64,000 nt of DNA from positions 1 through 64,000 of the forward strand of contig JALSOH010000009.1 of the NCBI GenBank assembly GCA_026986575.1, read 5' to 3'. This DNA is from Thermoproteota archaeon. Its GTDB lineage: Archaea > Korarchaeota > Korarchaeia > Korarchaeales > Korarchaeaceae. Position 1 is the stretch's first letter; each line of letters begins with the position of its first letter. Shown in pieces: positions 48,949 through 58,979 of the stretch. The position numbers and the translations under genes were made by a program. Under the pieces are notes generated by a model, which saw only the letters and a program-made list of their open reading frames with translations, was not told the DNA's origin and did not search any database.

Positions 48949-49688
48949 TCACCACCGCGCGGGAAGATGACTGAGCTGCTCCTCAGCTCATCAAGGTACC
49001 TAGCCACTCCAGGAGCCAACTGCCTGTACTTCCCCACCAAGAACCTGAGGTATCCGAGGATCTCCATGAGGTCCTTGATCTTGTTAGCGATCTCCCTCTC
49101 CTCGAAGTCGCTGTAGACCTCCCTAAGTACCTCACCTATCTCATCGAGCTTGTCGGCTATGGACTCAACATCCCCGTCGTAGGGAGGAAGCATGTCCCTC
49201 ATCAGGTCCACCAGCATCTCCAAATAGTTGCTTGGCATGTAACTGAGCTTGGCTGGTGCCTCGTTTACCCTCGCTGCTAGGAACCTTATCTCGGCTCCTG
49301 CATCCGGCATCCTCCTGAGCACCTCTCCTAAAACGGACGTCGCAAGCTCTATCTCTCGCTCTATCTGGGTGAGTAGGTCGCCTATCCTATTCCTCATCCT
49401 CCTGATATCTTCCCTGAGCCTTCTCATCTCCTCCCTCTTCGGAAGTTCCCCCTCGGCTCGATCGAGAACTCTGCTCATTCCATTTATCAGGAGGGACACC
49501 TCCCTCTCTAGTTCATTGAGCTCTCTGTCGAAGCTCCTCCTGAGAAGGGGGCTCGAGGCCTTGAGGAGGCTGTCAGCTCTCCTGAGGTCATTCACCACAT
49601 AATAAACGTCCTCATAGAGTGAGAGAATGAGTAACTTCATTTCCAACCTTTTCGCTTCATCTTCCTCCAAATATCTTTCCAACATCAT
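48945..49688 (-). CDS. All-helical/coiled-coil hypothetical protein
   Basis: Heptad-rich E/R/L sequence; ATGA-coupled to the roadblock gene. Confidence 0.8.
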   Translation of the reverse strand: MMLERYLEEDEAKRLEMKLLILSLYEDVYYVVNDLRRADSLLKASSPLLRRSFDRELNELEREVSLLINGMSRVLDRAEGELPKREEMRRLREDIRRMRNRIGDLLTQIEREIELATSVLGEVLRRMPDAGAEIRFLAARVNEAPAKLSYMPSNYLEMLVDLMRDMLPPYDGDVESIADKLDEIGEVLREVYSDFEEREIANKIKDLMEILGYLRFLVGKYRQLAPGVARYLDELRSSSVIFPRGGE

Positions 49689-49747
49689 GCGTAAGGGACA
49701 CTAGGATGCATTTATATTTTGGGTGGACCACGACTCCCTGATAATGG

Positions 49748-51436
49748 ATGGAACCGAAGACCTTGGAGGAGATACTCAATCACCTGAGGAATTCTGGCCT
49801 TCCCCCCGAGAGGATAAATAAGTTCGTTAACCTGTTGAGGAAGGACGGAGTTCTAGATGTGATTGTGAGGGTCCTCAGCAGGTGCCGATCCTTGGAGGAT
49901 GCGCTTAAGGAGATCTCCAGCCTAGGAGGAATGGCCGATGTCTCTAAGGAGATCTCCCACAAGGTCAGTATAGTCAGGAACTTCGTCCTCACGTCCCTAG
50001 TGAATCTTTCCGTTGACAAGTCCTACATGAGGAGTTTCTTCAGGAAGAAGTCTAAGGCTAAGAAGCTAAGAGAGATACTTGTATCTACCGAGGAGGAGCT
50101 TAAGGAGACAGAGGCTCGTCTCTTAGAAGCCGTGAGGGGTGTACTCCTCAAGACCCTAGAATCCCTTGAGATCAGGGATGGAACACTCAAGGCTGAGATA
50201 GAAGGAATAAAAAGCCTTCAGGATCTAGAGATAGCCAAGAAAATTTGGAATAAGATTAAGCCCGAGTTAGAAAGGGCTGTGGATGGGACCAAGTCTCAAG
50301 GCCAAGTGAGAAGGGGCGAGGAGGCCGTGCTGATAACAGACGATTTACTCAACGAGATACTCGAAGCCTTGGCGAGGATGGAAGACAACAGGAAGGAGCT
50401 AGAGCTGAGAGGGTGCACCTTCCTCCTCCTCTCTGAGGTATCATCCCTCAAGGATCAGATCCTAAGCTGGCTCTCTTCTAACTTCGGGAAGGAGTCTTAC
50501 GGGGTAACTAGTCTCCTTAAGATAATAAGAAGGCTATCCGACGACTCGGAAACCCTCCTCTCTACTTCCATTAGACTGCTGAACTTGAGGTCCGAGCTTG
50601 AGGCGGTCAAGAGGGAGGTCTTGGATAAGATCAGCCGGAAGATGCCCCATCTCACGGAGGCCATATCGATGATAGGACTGAGCTCACCGAGGCTCCCCTG
50701 CATCATCTCCATGCCCGAGGAGATAGCCAGCCTGAGGTACGAGGTTTCAAGGCTTGGAGACACGGTGAATGCCCTCAAAGAGCTCAGCAGCGAGCTGGAT
50801 CACTTCACTGACGAGATCAAGTTCCAGCCGGAGAAGCTGTCCTACAGAACAGAGTCCGACTTCCTGAAGAGCCTAATAGAGACTCTCAGGGCCTTCAGAC
50901 TCTCTAGAGGACTCCCAAGCACGGCTTACTCTCTACCAGGTCTAATGGAGGAGCTGCTCTCCCTCTATCCGAGATGGAGGGAGTACGTGAAAGAACAACT
51001 GGAGGAAAAGGGCTACCTTGAGATAGGGGAACTCTCATTCATACCGGAGATGTGGAGAGAGTGGTTCCTTTCTAACTTGGAGGAGGAGGGGCTTACCACA
51101 ATCTCCGATGGGAAGATACTCCCCAGAGCTCCCAGTTCCGAACTAAGAAAGCTCAGAATGAAATTCGAGTTCCTGAAGGACACCTACGAGGACATGAAAC
51201 CCATATTCCAGAAGGCGGGGATAAGCGAGCAATACTTAAACTCCTTGGAGAGGAAGCTAGCCCTCCTGATGGATCCCAACTATGGGGGTGAAGATAGAGA
51301 GAAGCTGCAAAGGGAGGTTGAGGAAGGCATAGAAAGGGCCCTGAACGTTCTCAAGGGTGGTGGGGTGCCCGATGAGAAAGATGAGACTGGTGGTGATGGG
51401 CCCGCACCAAGCTGGCAAGTCCACCTTGATTCATAG
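49748..51436 (+). CDS. Long coiled-coil hypothetical protein (possible winged-helix segment near the C-terminus)
   Basis: 562 aa, helical; segment QLEEKGYLEIGELSF...LSNLEEEGLTTISDGKI. Confidence 0.8.
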   Translation: MEPKTLEEILNHLRNSGLPPERINKFVNLLRKDGVLDVIVRVLSRCRSLEDALKEISSLGGMADVSKEISHKVSIVRNFVLTSLVNLSVDKSYMRSFFRKKSKAKKLREILVSTEEELKETEARLLEAVRGVLLKTLESLEIRDGTLKAEIEGIKSLQDLEIAKKIWNKIKPELERAVDGTKSQGQVRRGEEAVLITDDLLNEILEALARMEDNRKELELRGCTFLLLSEVSSLKDQILSWLSSNFGKESYGVTSLLKIIRRLSDDSETLLSTSIRLLNLRSELEAVKREVLDKISRKMPHLTEAISMIGLSSPRLPCIISMPEEIASLRYEVSRLGDTVNALKELSSELDHFTDEIKFQPEKLSYRTESDFLKSLIETLRAFRLSRGLPSTAYSLPGLMEELLSLYPRWREYVKEQLEEKGYLEIGELSFIPEMWREWFLSNLEEEGLTTISDGKILPRAPSSELRKLRMKFEFLKDTYEDMKPIFQKAGISEQYLNSLERKLALLMDPNYGGEDREKLQREVEEGIERALNVLKGGGVPDEKDETGGDGPAPSWQVHLDS

Positions 51437-52016
51437 GCTCGATCCTTGGGCCGTCAGGATGGACTACTCCAAGGGCACCTTCTCAACCACCGTTGGCTTC
51501 GACTACGGCATAGTCCTCTGGGACGCTACTGAGGACAGGATATACAGGAGGGATCAGATAGATCTCGTGGACCCCTCGAACGAGATATGGAAGGTCACCA
51601 TAACCGGAACTCCGGGACAGATAGCCTTCGCCCCTGTGAGGAAGGTGCTGGCTAAGGGTAAGGATGGGGTGATGCTCGTGATCGACAGCGCACGTCCAGT
51701 TCAGATGGTCTACGCGTTGAGCCAGTATCAGGAGGCGAGGGAGTCTGCTGGTTCCGTGCCTCTCATAATACTCGCTAATAAGCAAGACCTTCCACATGCT
51801 AAGAGTGCCGAGACGATAGCCTCCCTCTTGGGCATAAGGTGCAGAGTCGTCCCGATATCCGCGCTGAAGGGGACCAATGTGGAGGAAAGCTTTCTCCAGT
51901 TTCTCAAGGAGGTAAGGAGAAGCATCCTCGCTAAGTCCATATCGGAGAGATTGGCCGAGAGAAAGGAGTCAAGGTGGATATCTTGGATGAGAAGAAAGCT
52001 AGCATCATCCGTTTGA
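51372..52016 (+). CDS. MglA/COG2229-type small GTPase
   Basis: GPHQAGKST, TTVGFDYG, TGTPGQ, ANKQD, SALKG; ATG 51372 after a GGGGTG RBS. Confidence 0.9.
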   Translation: MRKMRLVVMGPHQAGKSTLIHRLDPWAVRMDYSKGTFSTTVGFDYGIVLWDATEDRIYRRDQIDLVDPSNEIWKVTITGTPGQIAFAPVRKVLAKGKDGVMLVIDSARPVQMVYALSQYQEARESAGSVPLIILANKQDLPHAKSAETIASLLGIRCRVVPISALKGTNVEESFLQFLKEVRRSILAKSISERLAERKESRWISWMRRKLASSV

Positions 52017-52546
52017 GGGCTGACCTTTCTTTTAGACCCAAACCCAAATGCACGCTTACCTCCTCGGGTTACCGCGTCGAGGTGCTACCGATGGGATGTT
52101 CCTCTACCTGCGCCTCAATAATGATGGTCTCCTCCCTACCTACCCTCCGTCCCGAGGTCAGATTGATCGTCTGCGAAGAGGCGATCTCCATCAAATTGAG
52201 TGGTGTCCCGATACCCAAATCAAACCCTATCCTCATAGTACACAACAGATGCGACTTGGAGCTCGGCGGGAGGACGCTCGTGCTTCCCTGTGGGGAGGGG
52301 GCCCTCCCCACCTACTTGGAGGTCAGTAGCGTTAGAGAGGAGATGCAGGAAATAGGTCTCAATTTAAGGGGAAAGGTACTCTACAAAGGCGATCTCTCGA
52401 TATACCTCCTTCAACTGCCCACCGGAGGAGAGTTAATAGCAGGAGCAGGAGGTTCGATCATATTCAACCCTGGCAGCTACCTACTGATCACTGAGGCAGG
52501 AAGATCTAGACTCAAAGTAGATGGGGAAGAACTGATCCTCCCCTGA
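51974..52546 (+). CDS. Beta-rich hypothetical protein
   Basis: 190-aa ORF overlapping the GTPase 3' end; no motif recognised. Confidence 0.6.
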   Translation: MDILDEKKASIIRLRADLSFRPKPKCTLTSSGYRVEVLPMGCSSTCASIMMVSSLPTLRPEVRLIVCEEAISIKLSGVPIPKSNPILIVHNRCDLELGGRTLVLPCGEGALPTYLEVSSVREEMQEIGLNLRGKVLYKGDLSIYLLQLPTGGELIAGAGGSIIFNPGSYLLITEAGRSRLKVDGEELILP

Positions 52547-52548
52547 AA

Positions 52549-53061
52549 TCAAGGAACTTCAACGCTTTTGGAGACAATTTTCCCATTATCTAGGGTACCC
52601 CCTACCACCAGGATCTTACCGCTGGGTACGTACTCGGAAGGAATGAAAAGGGAGAGCTCCAAGCTTTCCTTAGGGTCAAGAGGGGCATCTAGTTGATAAC
52701 CACCCGTCACATTCTCTCCTGTGATGAGGTACACCTCTCCCCGCCCGAAGCCTAGGGTCTTGAATTGAAGCTTAACTATGGGGGAGCTACCTGCGTTACT
52801 AATCCTGAGATCTATGGCGTATCCACCCGTTGGATCCCTTAGGTAGCCGTATAGAGATGTAGGATATGAAAAGCTATAGATAGCATCGCTCGCGAGGTTA
52901 AAGGGTGGCTCAGGGAGATACTCAGATCTCAGTATCCTCACGTAAATGTCCTCTTCCAGCTCTCTAGCGGAAATAGTGGTCTGATACGCTATGAAGAGAC
53001 CTACAACGATCGAAATAGCGAGGACAATCGCTATCCAGCTCACATTCTCCGCGGTCTCCAT
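52549..53061 (-). CDS. Type IV pilin-like protein
   Basis: METAENVSWIAIVLAISIVVGLF; Ig-like C-terminal domain (ISNAG); paralog of 55174-55605. Confidence 0.75.
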   Translation of the reverse strand: METAENVSWIAIVLAISIVVGLFIAYQTTISARELEEDIYVRILRSEYLPEPPFNLASDAIYSFSYPTSLYGYLRDPTGGYAIDLRISNAGSSPIVKLQFKTLGFGRGEVYLITGENVTGGYQLDAPLDPKESLELSLFIPSEYVPSGKILVVGGTLDNGKIVSKSVEVP

Positions 53062-53081
53062 TTTGAACCTCCCATTGGAGA

Positions 53082-54677
53082 TCAGCGATAGAGCGCGAAG
53101 AGTGCCGGGGAGACCAGCGAATGAATAACCACTATCATTATCATCGAGACTATCGCGTATAATATACTCTGAATGTTTCCATGCCTAGTACCATCTGAGA
53201 CGCTGCTTGTGAAGATCCCGAATATGAAGATGAACATAACGGCGAATAGAAAGTAAACATCGATTATCCACGTCTTCGCCTTGAGGAAGGAGAGCAGCAT
53301 CAACATACCCTGCATCCCCGTGGCTATCTGGGTTCCCGCGTGTTGGACCTGAGCCATGGATTCGGACACCTTCTCACCTAGGAAGGCCATGAGGTCAACG
53401 AAGAGCATGCTGAAAGAGAGACTAACTGCCATCAGAAAGCTGTTCATGGAGAGAGTACCCCTTATCTTTTCGTAAACGGTGGACATGAGAGCTATTATCG
53501 TTCTGACGTTAAGAAGCGCTTCGTATCCGTAGATTCCCTTCTGGAGATCCGTTATCAGCTTCTTATATATCTTGTAAACGTAAATCCTCTCGAAGTCCTT
53601 CTTCTCAGGTATCTCCCCCACATTAACTAGGTTACCTAGGCTGAATTTGAGGACCTTCGAGAACCTCCCGTAAATGTCTAGGGGCATCGAGGTCACAGCC
53701 TCGGTGAATGTCTGCCCTATACTTATCCTCCCTCCCAAATCGGCTAGGAAAACCGGAAGGAACGTGTAGGTGTCCTTTCTCAGCCCAATGTACTCCTTAG
53801 TAGCTAGATATCCTACGATGAAAAAGGTCAGGACCCCCAAGAACAGGGAGTAAGTGCCGATTATGAAGTAACCAGCTACAGAGACCAGAGCGGCGAAAAT
53901 CAGCTGGATGAAGAACAACTTCCCACTGAACATTATTTGCTCGGGGTAGTACAGGAACTTGTTCTCTGAGAACAGGAGTATGAGCCCGACACCAAGCCCT
54001 AGGGCGAGGTTGATGAATAAGTACTCGACGAAGGGCATGTTGGCCACTCCACCGAGGAGAACCAGCATGAGGGGGGTCATTATGATGAAGGGCATGAGAC
54101 CGCTCAGGAAGGAGTTTATGAACCGTTCGAATGTCTCAATATTCCTCTGACTGTCTATGATCTCCTGCTGTATAACCATACTGAAAATCCCCTTGGTATC
54201 AATTCCCGTTGTCATCCCGTTGTATATGCTCGTCAGGAAGCTCTTGAAGCTCACTCCCAGTCTCTTTTCCTCTTGGAGAACCCTATTGATAGCTTCCCTC
54301 AGGTCCATGCCCATAAAGTAGAAGTAACCCATGATCTTCCTGAAGACATAGCTCCCCTCATATTCCCTCATTCGGGCGAACTGGTCAAATATGCCCGTGA
54401 CATCGAAACCTGCGTTGGCTAGTATGAAGCCATGCAACGCGAAGAGCACAGTCTCTCTGTTCACGAGCCCGTAATCCCTCCCCGTGGTGAAGAGACCGTA
54501 AAGGAGCATGATGGCGAAGAGAGGGATGAGGACGAGCACAACGTAATAGCCCGTTACGTAAGCGAGCACTCCGAGTAGCAGTGAGGAGGCGATTACCTTC
54601 TTTATGGCCCCCTCGAGCCTCTCCTTAGCGTTATATACTCCCCTCTTTTCAAGCTCAAGGGCTATAGCATCTAACAA
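53082..54677 (-). CDS. T4P/archaellum membrane platform protein (TadB/TadC/ArlJ-like)
   Basis: Two cytoplasmic T2SSF-like domains (MGMDLREAI; LPVFLADL...GQTFTEAV...YGRFS) alternating with TM bundles. Confidence 0.8.
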   Translation of the reverse strand: MLDAIALELEKRGVYNAKERLEGAIKKVIASSLLLGVLAYVTGYYVVLVLIPLFAIMLLYGLFTTGRDYGLVNRETVLFALHGFILANAGFDVTGIFDQFARMREYEGSYVFRKIMGYFYFMGMDLREAINRVLQEEKRLGVSFKSFLTSIYNGMTTGIDTKGIFSMVIQQEIIDSQRNIETFERFINSFLSGLMPFIIMTPLMLVLLGGVANMPFVEYLFINLALGLGVGLILLFSENKFLYYPEQIMFSGKLFFIQLIFAALVSVAGYFIIGTYSLFLGVLTFFIVGYLATKEYIGLRKDTYTFLPVFLADLGGRISIGQTFTEAVTSMPLDIYGRFSKVLKFSLGNLVNVGEIPEKKDFERIYVYKIYKKLITDLQKGIYGYEALLNVRTIIALMSTVYEKIRGTLSMNSFLMAVSLSFSMLFVDLMAFLGEKVSESMAQVQHAGTQIATGMQGMLMLLSFLKAKTWIIDVYFLFAVMFIFIFGIFTSSVSDGTRHGNIQSILYAIVSMIMIVVIHSLVSPALFALYR

Positions 54678-55161
54678 CTTCTACATCACCAGACTCCAAC
54701 CACATTATCACGAGGTAGTAGTCCTCTGATGGGTAGGAGGATATGGAGGGGAGATCTGTTAGGTTGACATCCACTTCAACCAATTCCTTCGCTGGGAACG
54801 ATATGACAGTTCCGTTCACCTCTGAGTACTTGGTTCCATTGTAGTAGATCGTGAGGTTCTCCCCGGTTTCACTGTAGAACACGGATATCCTGTCGGTGTA
54901 AACCCAGTCTCCGTAGTTGTAGAAGTGTATGGCAGTGTAATTGTGATCGGGGACGAGGCTTCCCCCGCTCAAGCGGTAGGTGGTGTTGGTATAGCAGGCC
55001 ACGACCGCTATGGATTTGCTGGAAGCCTTGGATGAGAGCCTGCTTATGTATGTGTGGGCCTCGGAATACTGGCTGTATGCCTTGATAAAAGCAGTAGAGA
55101 CTATAGCTAAGGCAACCAAAACTATACCTACCATAGCGAGCTTGGAAAAAGAGAGTTCCAA
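54655..55161 (-). CDS. Pilin-like protein
   Basis: N-terminal hydrophobic helix, FYNYG motif, several N-glycosylation sequons. Confidence 0.7.
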   Translation of the reverse strand: MELSFSKLAMVGIVLVALAIVSTAFIKAYSQYSEAHTYISRLSSKASSKSIAVVACYTNTTYRLSGGSLVPDHNYTAIHFYNYGDWVYTDRISVFYSETGENLTIYYNGTKYSEVNGTVISFPAKELVEVDVNLTDLPSISSYPSEDYYLVIMWLESGDVEVVRCYSP

Positions 55162-55173
55162 GGGGAGGTCCCC

Positions 55174-55605
55174 TTACGGAATCTCTATAGTCTGGGCAGC
55201 GGTCGTTCCATCACTGAAAGTAGCAGTTATCACCAAGGATTTGCTTCCAGAGACGTACCCTCCAGAGACCTTCACAGTGATATCCATTGTACCCTTCGGC
55301 GGTATGTTCAGAGTGGTGAGGTCAGCGGGACTTATTGGAGTCACGGAAGCGCCAGAGCCGAACCCGACGGGAGAGAGGTCTATACCAGTCAGCGTGTTTC
55401 CTCCTTCACCGGTGTTCACTATTCTGAAGCTGATGACGTAGGAGGAGTCAGCATCGGAGTACTGGCTGTTTATCAGCCTAACATAGAACCTCTGCCCGAC
55501 CTGCTGAGCTCCAGTGAGCACCTGACCCATCAGGAAGAGACCCACGACTGCCACAACCACCAGTACCAAGGCGATCCACACGACCTTTTCCACGGTTATC
55601 TGCAA
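55174..55605 (-). CDS. Probable major type IV pilin
   Basis: MQITVEKVVWIALVLVVVAVVGLF...IVNTG...ITATFSDGT; preceded by its own 255-bp AT-rich promoter region. Confidence 0.8.
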   Translation of the reverse strand: MQITVEKVVWIALVLVVVAVVGLFLMGQVLTGAQQVGQRFYVRLINSQYSDADSSYVISFRIVNTGEGGNTLTGIDLSPVGFGSGASVTPISPADLTTLNIPPKGTMDITVKVSGGYVSGSKSLVITATFSDGTTAAQTIEIP

Positions 55606-55860
55606 GGACTATACACCCTCCTTTATCATCTGCCATCCAAATAAAAAGATAGCCTTTCTTTTCCTAGAGCAATCGCCGACGTCCCTTATTTTTCTTTAAA
55701 GACAGTTTAGATCTGGAAAATTTGTAGGAAAAAAGAGAACAGAGGCTCTCCACGCAATCATGTCTTTATGGTAAACCCAATTATATAGATTAATTAGTGA
55801 CTGGTTGAATGCACAATATAATCAGTTCTAATGGCTAAGATTCAAAAATTTCAGGGATGT

Positions 55861-56232
55861 TCAAAGGCCCACGTTGTACTGGAACACGTGCTTTCCAACA
55901 TTCACGGCTATGATTACAACATCTCCTCTGAGATTCCCGTCACAGTAGCCGAACAACTTGACGGTCCTCTCTGTGTATGAGATCTCGCTCACATTGCATG
56001 GAGATCCATTAGTTTTCATAACCGTAATATTCTGAATTTCGCTATCTGATGTAATAGAAATGATGAACCAAGTTCTATTCTGTGAGAATTCAGAGTCCTC
56101 GACTCTAACCATTATACCCGGCTCCATGATCTTCATTTGGGTGGGGAGGACCTCAAACACTATGGATCCCACTACGATGATTGACGTAAGAGCTATCACG
56201 ATGAGGGATATGGTCTCTAGTGTTATCTCCAA
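55861..56232 (-). CDS. Pilin-like protein
   Basis: MEITLETISLIVIALTSIIVVG; GGAGGTGA RBS 4 nt before the TTG. Confidence 0.72.
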   Translation of the reverse strand: MEITLETISLIVIALTSIIVVGSIVFEVLPTQMKIMEPGIMVRVEDSEFSQNRTWFIISITSDSEIQNITVMKTNGSPCNVSEISYTERTVKLFGYCDGNLRGDVVIIAVNVGKHVFQYNVGL

Positions 56233-56236
56233 GGGC

Positions 56237-57814
56237 TCACCTCCTGTAATACCACCTGACCAGCTCCCTGTAGAAGTCCTCCAGCTCTAAGTCCATGTGA
56301 GTGAGTAGGAAGTCCAGCCTGTCCTCGAACTCATCCCTGAGATCGCTGACGGGTACGTTGGTTCTGGAGTGCAGCTGCCACAGGAACCTGTCCAGATCGA
56401 AGTCGGTGGGGTGCTGGTACACACGTATCATATCACCCGTGCTTATGTCTACCATGTAGATCTGGTCCAAGACCCTCCTGTCCTCCTTTATATTCAGGAA
56501 GAGGAGGGACCAGAGCTCCCTCATCACCGAATTGATCAGCTCCTCACTGGCGTTCTCTCCGTAGTACATCCTGAGGAGCATCCTGACCCTCAGCTTGAAT
56601 TCCTCCACCGTGTTGGCGTGTATGGTGAAGGCCAGCCCGTGACCGGTCTGAGAAGCGATCACATCCCCCAGCTCCCTTCCCAAGACCTCAGCCAGTATCA
56701 GGAGGTCGGGGGTGATTCTGAGGGCGAACTTCACTATCTCGTAGAATTCCCCTCCCCTAGCGTAGTAGGGGACCCAACTGTTACCCTTGAACCTCAGAGC
56801 GAGCTCCTCAATGTCCTCTATTGTTACCAGCTTCTTTCTCGGATCGAACATGGCCAGGGCGGCGTTGAGGAGGGTGGTCTTGCCCGTACCCACTGGGCCC
56901 GAGTAGGCGACCTTGCCCTTGTGGTCGACCATCATCCATATGGCCACGGCTGCCTCGGGTGAGAGGGACCCGAACTTTATCAGGTCATTGAATAGGAACG
57001 GTTTAGCGGGGAACTTCCTTATCTGCACAGTGGTCTGCTCGCTCTTAACCCCGCCGAAGCTCGCAGCCACTCTGAATCTGAGGCTCCCGTCCTTGCTCTT
57101 GTACATGAAGGAGACGAGCGGGGTGGCCTCGCTTATACCCCTCCCGTAGAGCGAGGCGATCCTAGAGGTGAACCTCCTAAGAGCTATCTCCGTCGGGAAC
57201 CTGACGTTGGTGTTTATCCACCTGCCCGCGAAGCGCCTCATCTTCACCCTGACAGGCTCCGTTCCCTTAACATCGATGTCAGTTATGTTCCAATCGTATA
57301 TGAGGGGCTGGATCATGCCGAAGCCTATGGTGTCCCTCAGCACGTAGTACATGACCACATCTTTCCTCAGGTTGAACTCGGTCTCAAGCCTGTACTTCCT
57401 GACTATGTCCTGTATAACCTCCTCAAGCCTACCAGCCACGAGTTTGTCGTAGTACTGCTCTTGGAACATCATCACGTCCGAAAGTATGAGGTTGATCAGT
57501 TTCTTGTCGTTCTTGGTGAGCATCCACTCGTTGACCACGTACCTGTAGCTTCCATCAGACTCCCTCACTAGGACGTTGGTGAAGCCCGTCCCCTCGGCCC
57601 TCATCAGTTCCCTACCAGGAGGAACTTCCTCCCTGGTTACGTAGATCTCCTTACCTATGATTGGTATCTTAAGCTCTTCCTGTTCCTTTCTCCTTCTTTC
57701 CTTCTTGCTCTCCAGATCGACCGATTCCAACCCCTCTATGACGCTGACCATATTCAGATTCAGGGAAATTCCCCTGAGAGGAAACCTCAACTTCCCGATC
57801 CCTAACATAAGCAC
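56237..57814 (-). CDS. Type II/IV secretion ATPase (TadA/ArlI/VirB11 family)
   Basis: IGFGMIQPL, IRKF, GPVGTGKTT, TIEDIEEL, LLILAEV, TGHG..TIHA. Confidence 0.93.
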   Translation of the reverse strand: MLMLGIGKLRFPLRGISLNLNMVSVIEGLESVDLESKKERRRKEQEELKIPIIGKEIYVTREEVPPGRELMRAEGTGFTNVLVRESDGSYRYVVNEWMLTKNDKKLINLILSDVMMFQEQYYDKLVAGRLEEVIQDIVRKYRLETEFNLRKDVVMYYVLRDTIGFGMIQPLIYDWNITDIDVKGTEPVRVKMRRFAGRWINTNVRFPTEIALRRFTSRIASLYGRGISEATPLVSFMYKSKDGSLRFRVAASFGGVKSEQTTVQIRKFPAKPFLFNDLIKFGSLSPEAAVAIWMMVDHKGKVAYSGPVGTGKTTLLNAALAMFDPRKKLVTIEDIEELALRFKGNSWVPYYARGGEFYEIVKFALRITPDLLILAEVLGRELGDVIASQTGHGLAFTIHANTVEEFKLRVRMLLRMYYGENASEELINSVMRELWSLLFLNIKEDRRVLDQIYMVDISTGDMIRVYQHPTDFDLDRFLWQLHSRTNVPVSDLRDEFEDRLDFLLTHMDLELEDFYRELVRWYYRR

Positions 57815-57821
57815 ACCCCCC

Positions 57822-58970
57822 TCACGGTAAACCGGGAGATCCCTCCATGAACTCGGACGAGAAGACCCTGCCGAGATCAGTAACTATCTCCACAGCCGTT
57901 ATCTTGTTCCTCGCATCCTCGAAGGAAAACCTAGAGTAAGTGGCAGGGCTCAGACCCTCAGGCAGATCCCCGAAGGAGAGCTTCCTCACCTGAGGGGGAG
58001 TGAGATACGTGGGTGCAGCGAATATCTCATCAAACCAAGCATCATCGGCCATGCTGGTGCTCTGAGGAAGATTTATCTGGTTCAGATTGGGCTGGAAGCC
58101 GCTATCTATCTCGGATTCGAAGTCCACAATTCGCCCGTTGACGAGGAAGTAGAACTCACTGATCCAGTTAGTGCCATTCCAGTACCTCCTCGTGGTCACG
58201 CAGTAGTGGTTCCATTCATCCGGAGCCGCTACTCTCTCATCGGGCTGATCCAGTTCCATCCCGTTGGTTATCTTCGCGATGATTCTGGGACTACCTGAGT
58301 GCGGGTCCACCCAAAACTCGAAATCCTGAAGCTTCAGCAGGAGCCAAGGAGATCCCGATCCCTTGGGATTCCTGACCATGATCCAGGAGCATCCGGTGTA
58401 GTTGTAACTCGAGGGGAGCTGGAAGTGACCCACTCCCCAGTTATCGTAATTTAGATCCACGTGCAGAGAGAAGCCCCTCAGCCCCGCCTCCAGCCTAGCT
58501 GCGATGGGGTTGTTCCCCCACCTGAGATCCCCCACACCCCTATCATCATAAATGGTGACGAACCCTGTGCAATCGGGCTGATCACACTCTAGATGGGGCC
58601 TTACGTACTCCAAGAGGCTCACCTTCACGGATTCACCTTCCCCGAGCGGAACCCCCGGACCGGTCCATGTGCCAGCGGGAAGGTTAGTGTCGTTTATCGA
58701 GAGTTCCTTGAAGAAGGTGGGTGTCCTTGATCCGTTGATGTGGACGTAGAGATACCTTAACACCGTAGATCTTCCCCTATTAACTACCAGGAGGCTATAC
58801 CTGTCTAACCATCTTATGAGAACGCTCTCTTTGGATCTCTCCCTCTCCATCTCCAGTTTCTTCCTCATCTTGACCACTGACTGACTCGCGGAAGTCTGCG
58901 CGCTAAGGAAGAAGGAGAGAGCTATCACTGTCAAAAAAACAAAGAAGATGAGGCCGATGGCGCTGTCCAC
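57822..58970 (-). CDS. Minor pilin/adhesin with inserted LamG (concanavalin-A-like) domain
   Basis: Pilin helix plus ERSKE, WNHYC, FLVNG, FDEIF, C-terminal VTDLGRVF. Confidence 0.75.
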   Translation of the reverse strand: MDSAIGLIFFVFLTVIALSFFLSAQTSASQSVVKMRKKLEMERERSKESVLIRWLDRYSLLVVNRGRSTVLRYLYVHINGSRTPTFFKELSINDTNLPAGTWTGPGVPLGEGESVKVSLLEYVRPHLECDQPDCTGFVTIYDDRGVGDLRWGNNPIAARLEAGLRGFSLHVDLNYDNWGVGHFQLPSSYNYTGCSWIMVRNPKGSGSPWLLLKLQDFEFWVDPHSGSPRIIAKITNGMELDQPDERVAAPDEWNHYCVTTRRYWNGTNWISEFYFLVNGRIVDFESEIDSGFQPNLNQINLPQSTSMADDAWFDEIFAAPTYLTPPQVRKLSFGDLPEGLSPATYSRFSFEDARNKITAVEIVTDLGRVFSSEFMEGSPGLP

Positions 58971-58979
58971 CTAAGTCCC

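Noticed and set aside
52549-57814. Archaellum locus
   Set aside because: No archaellin N-terminal signature, ArlH or ArlF/G recognised; the content fits an adhesive type IV pilus.
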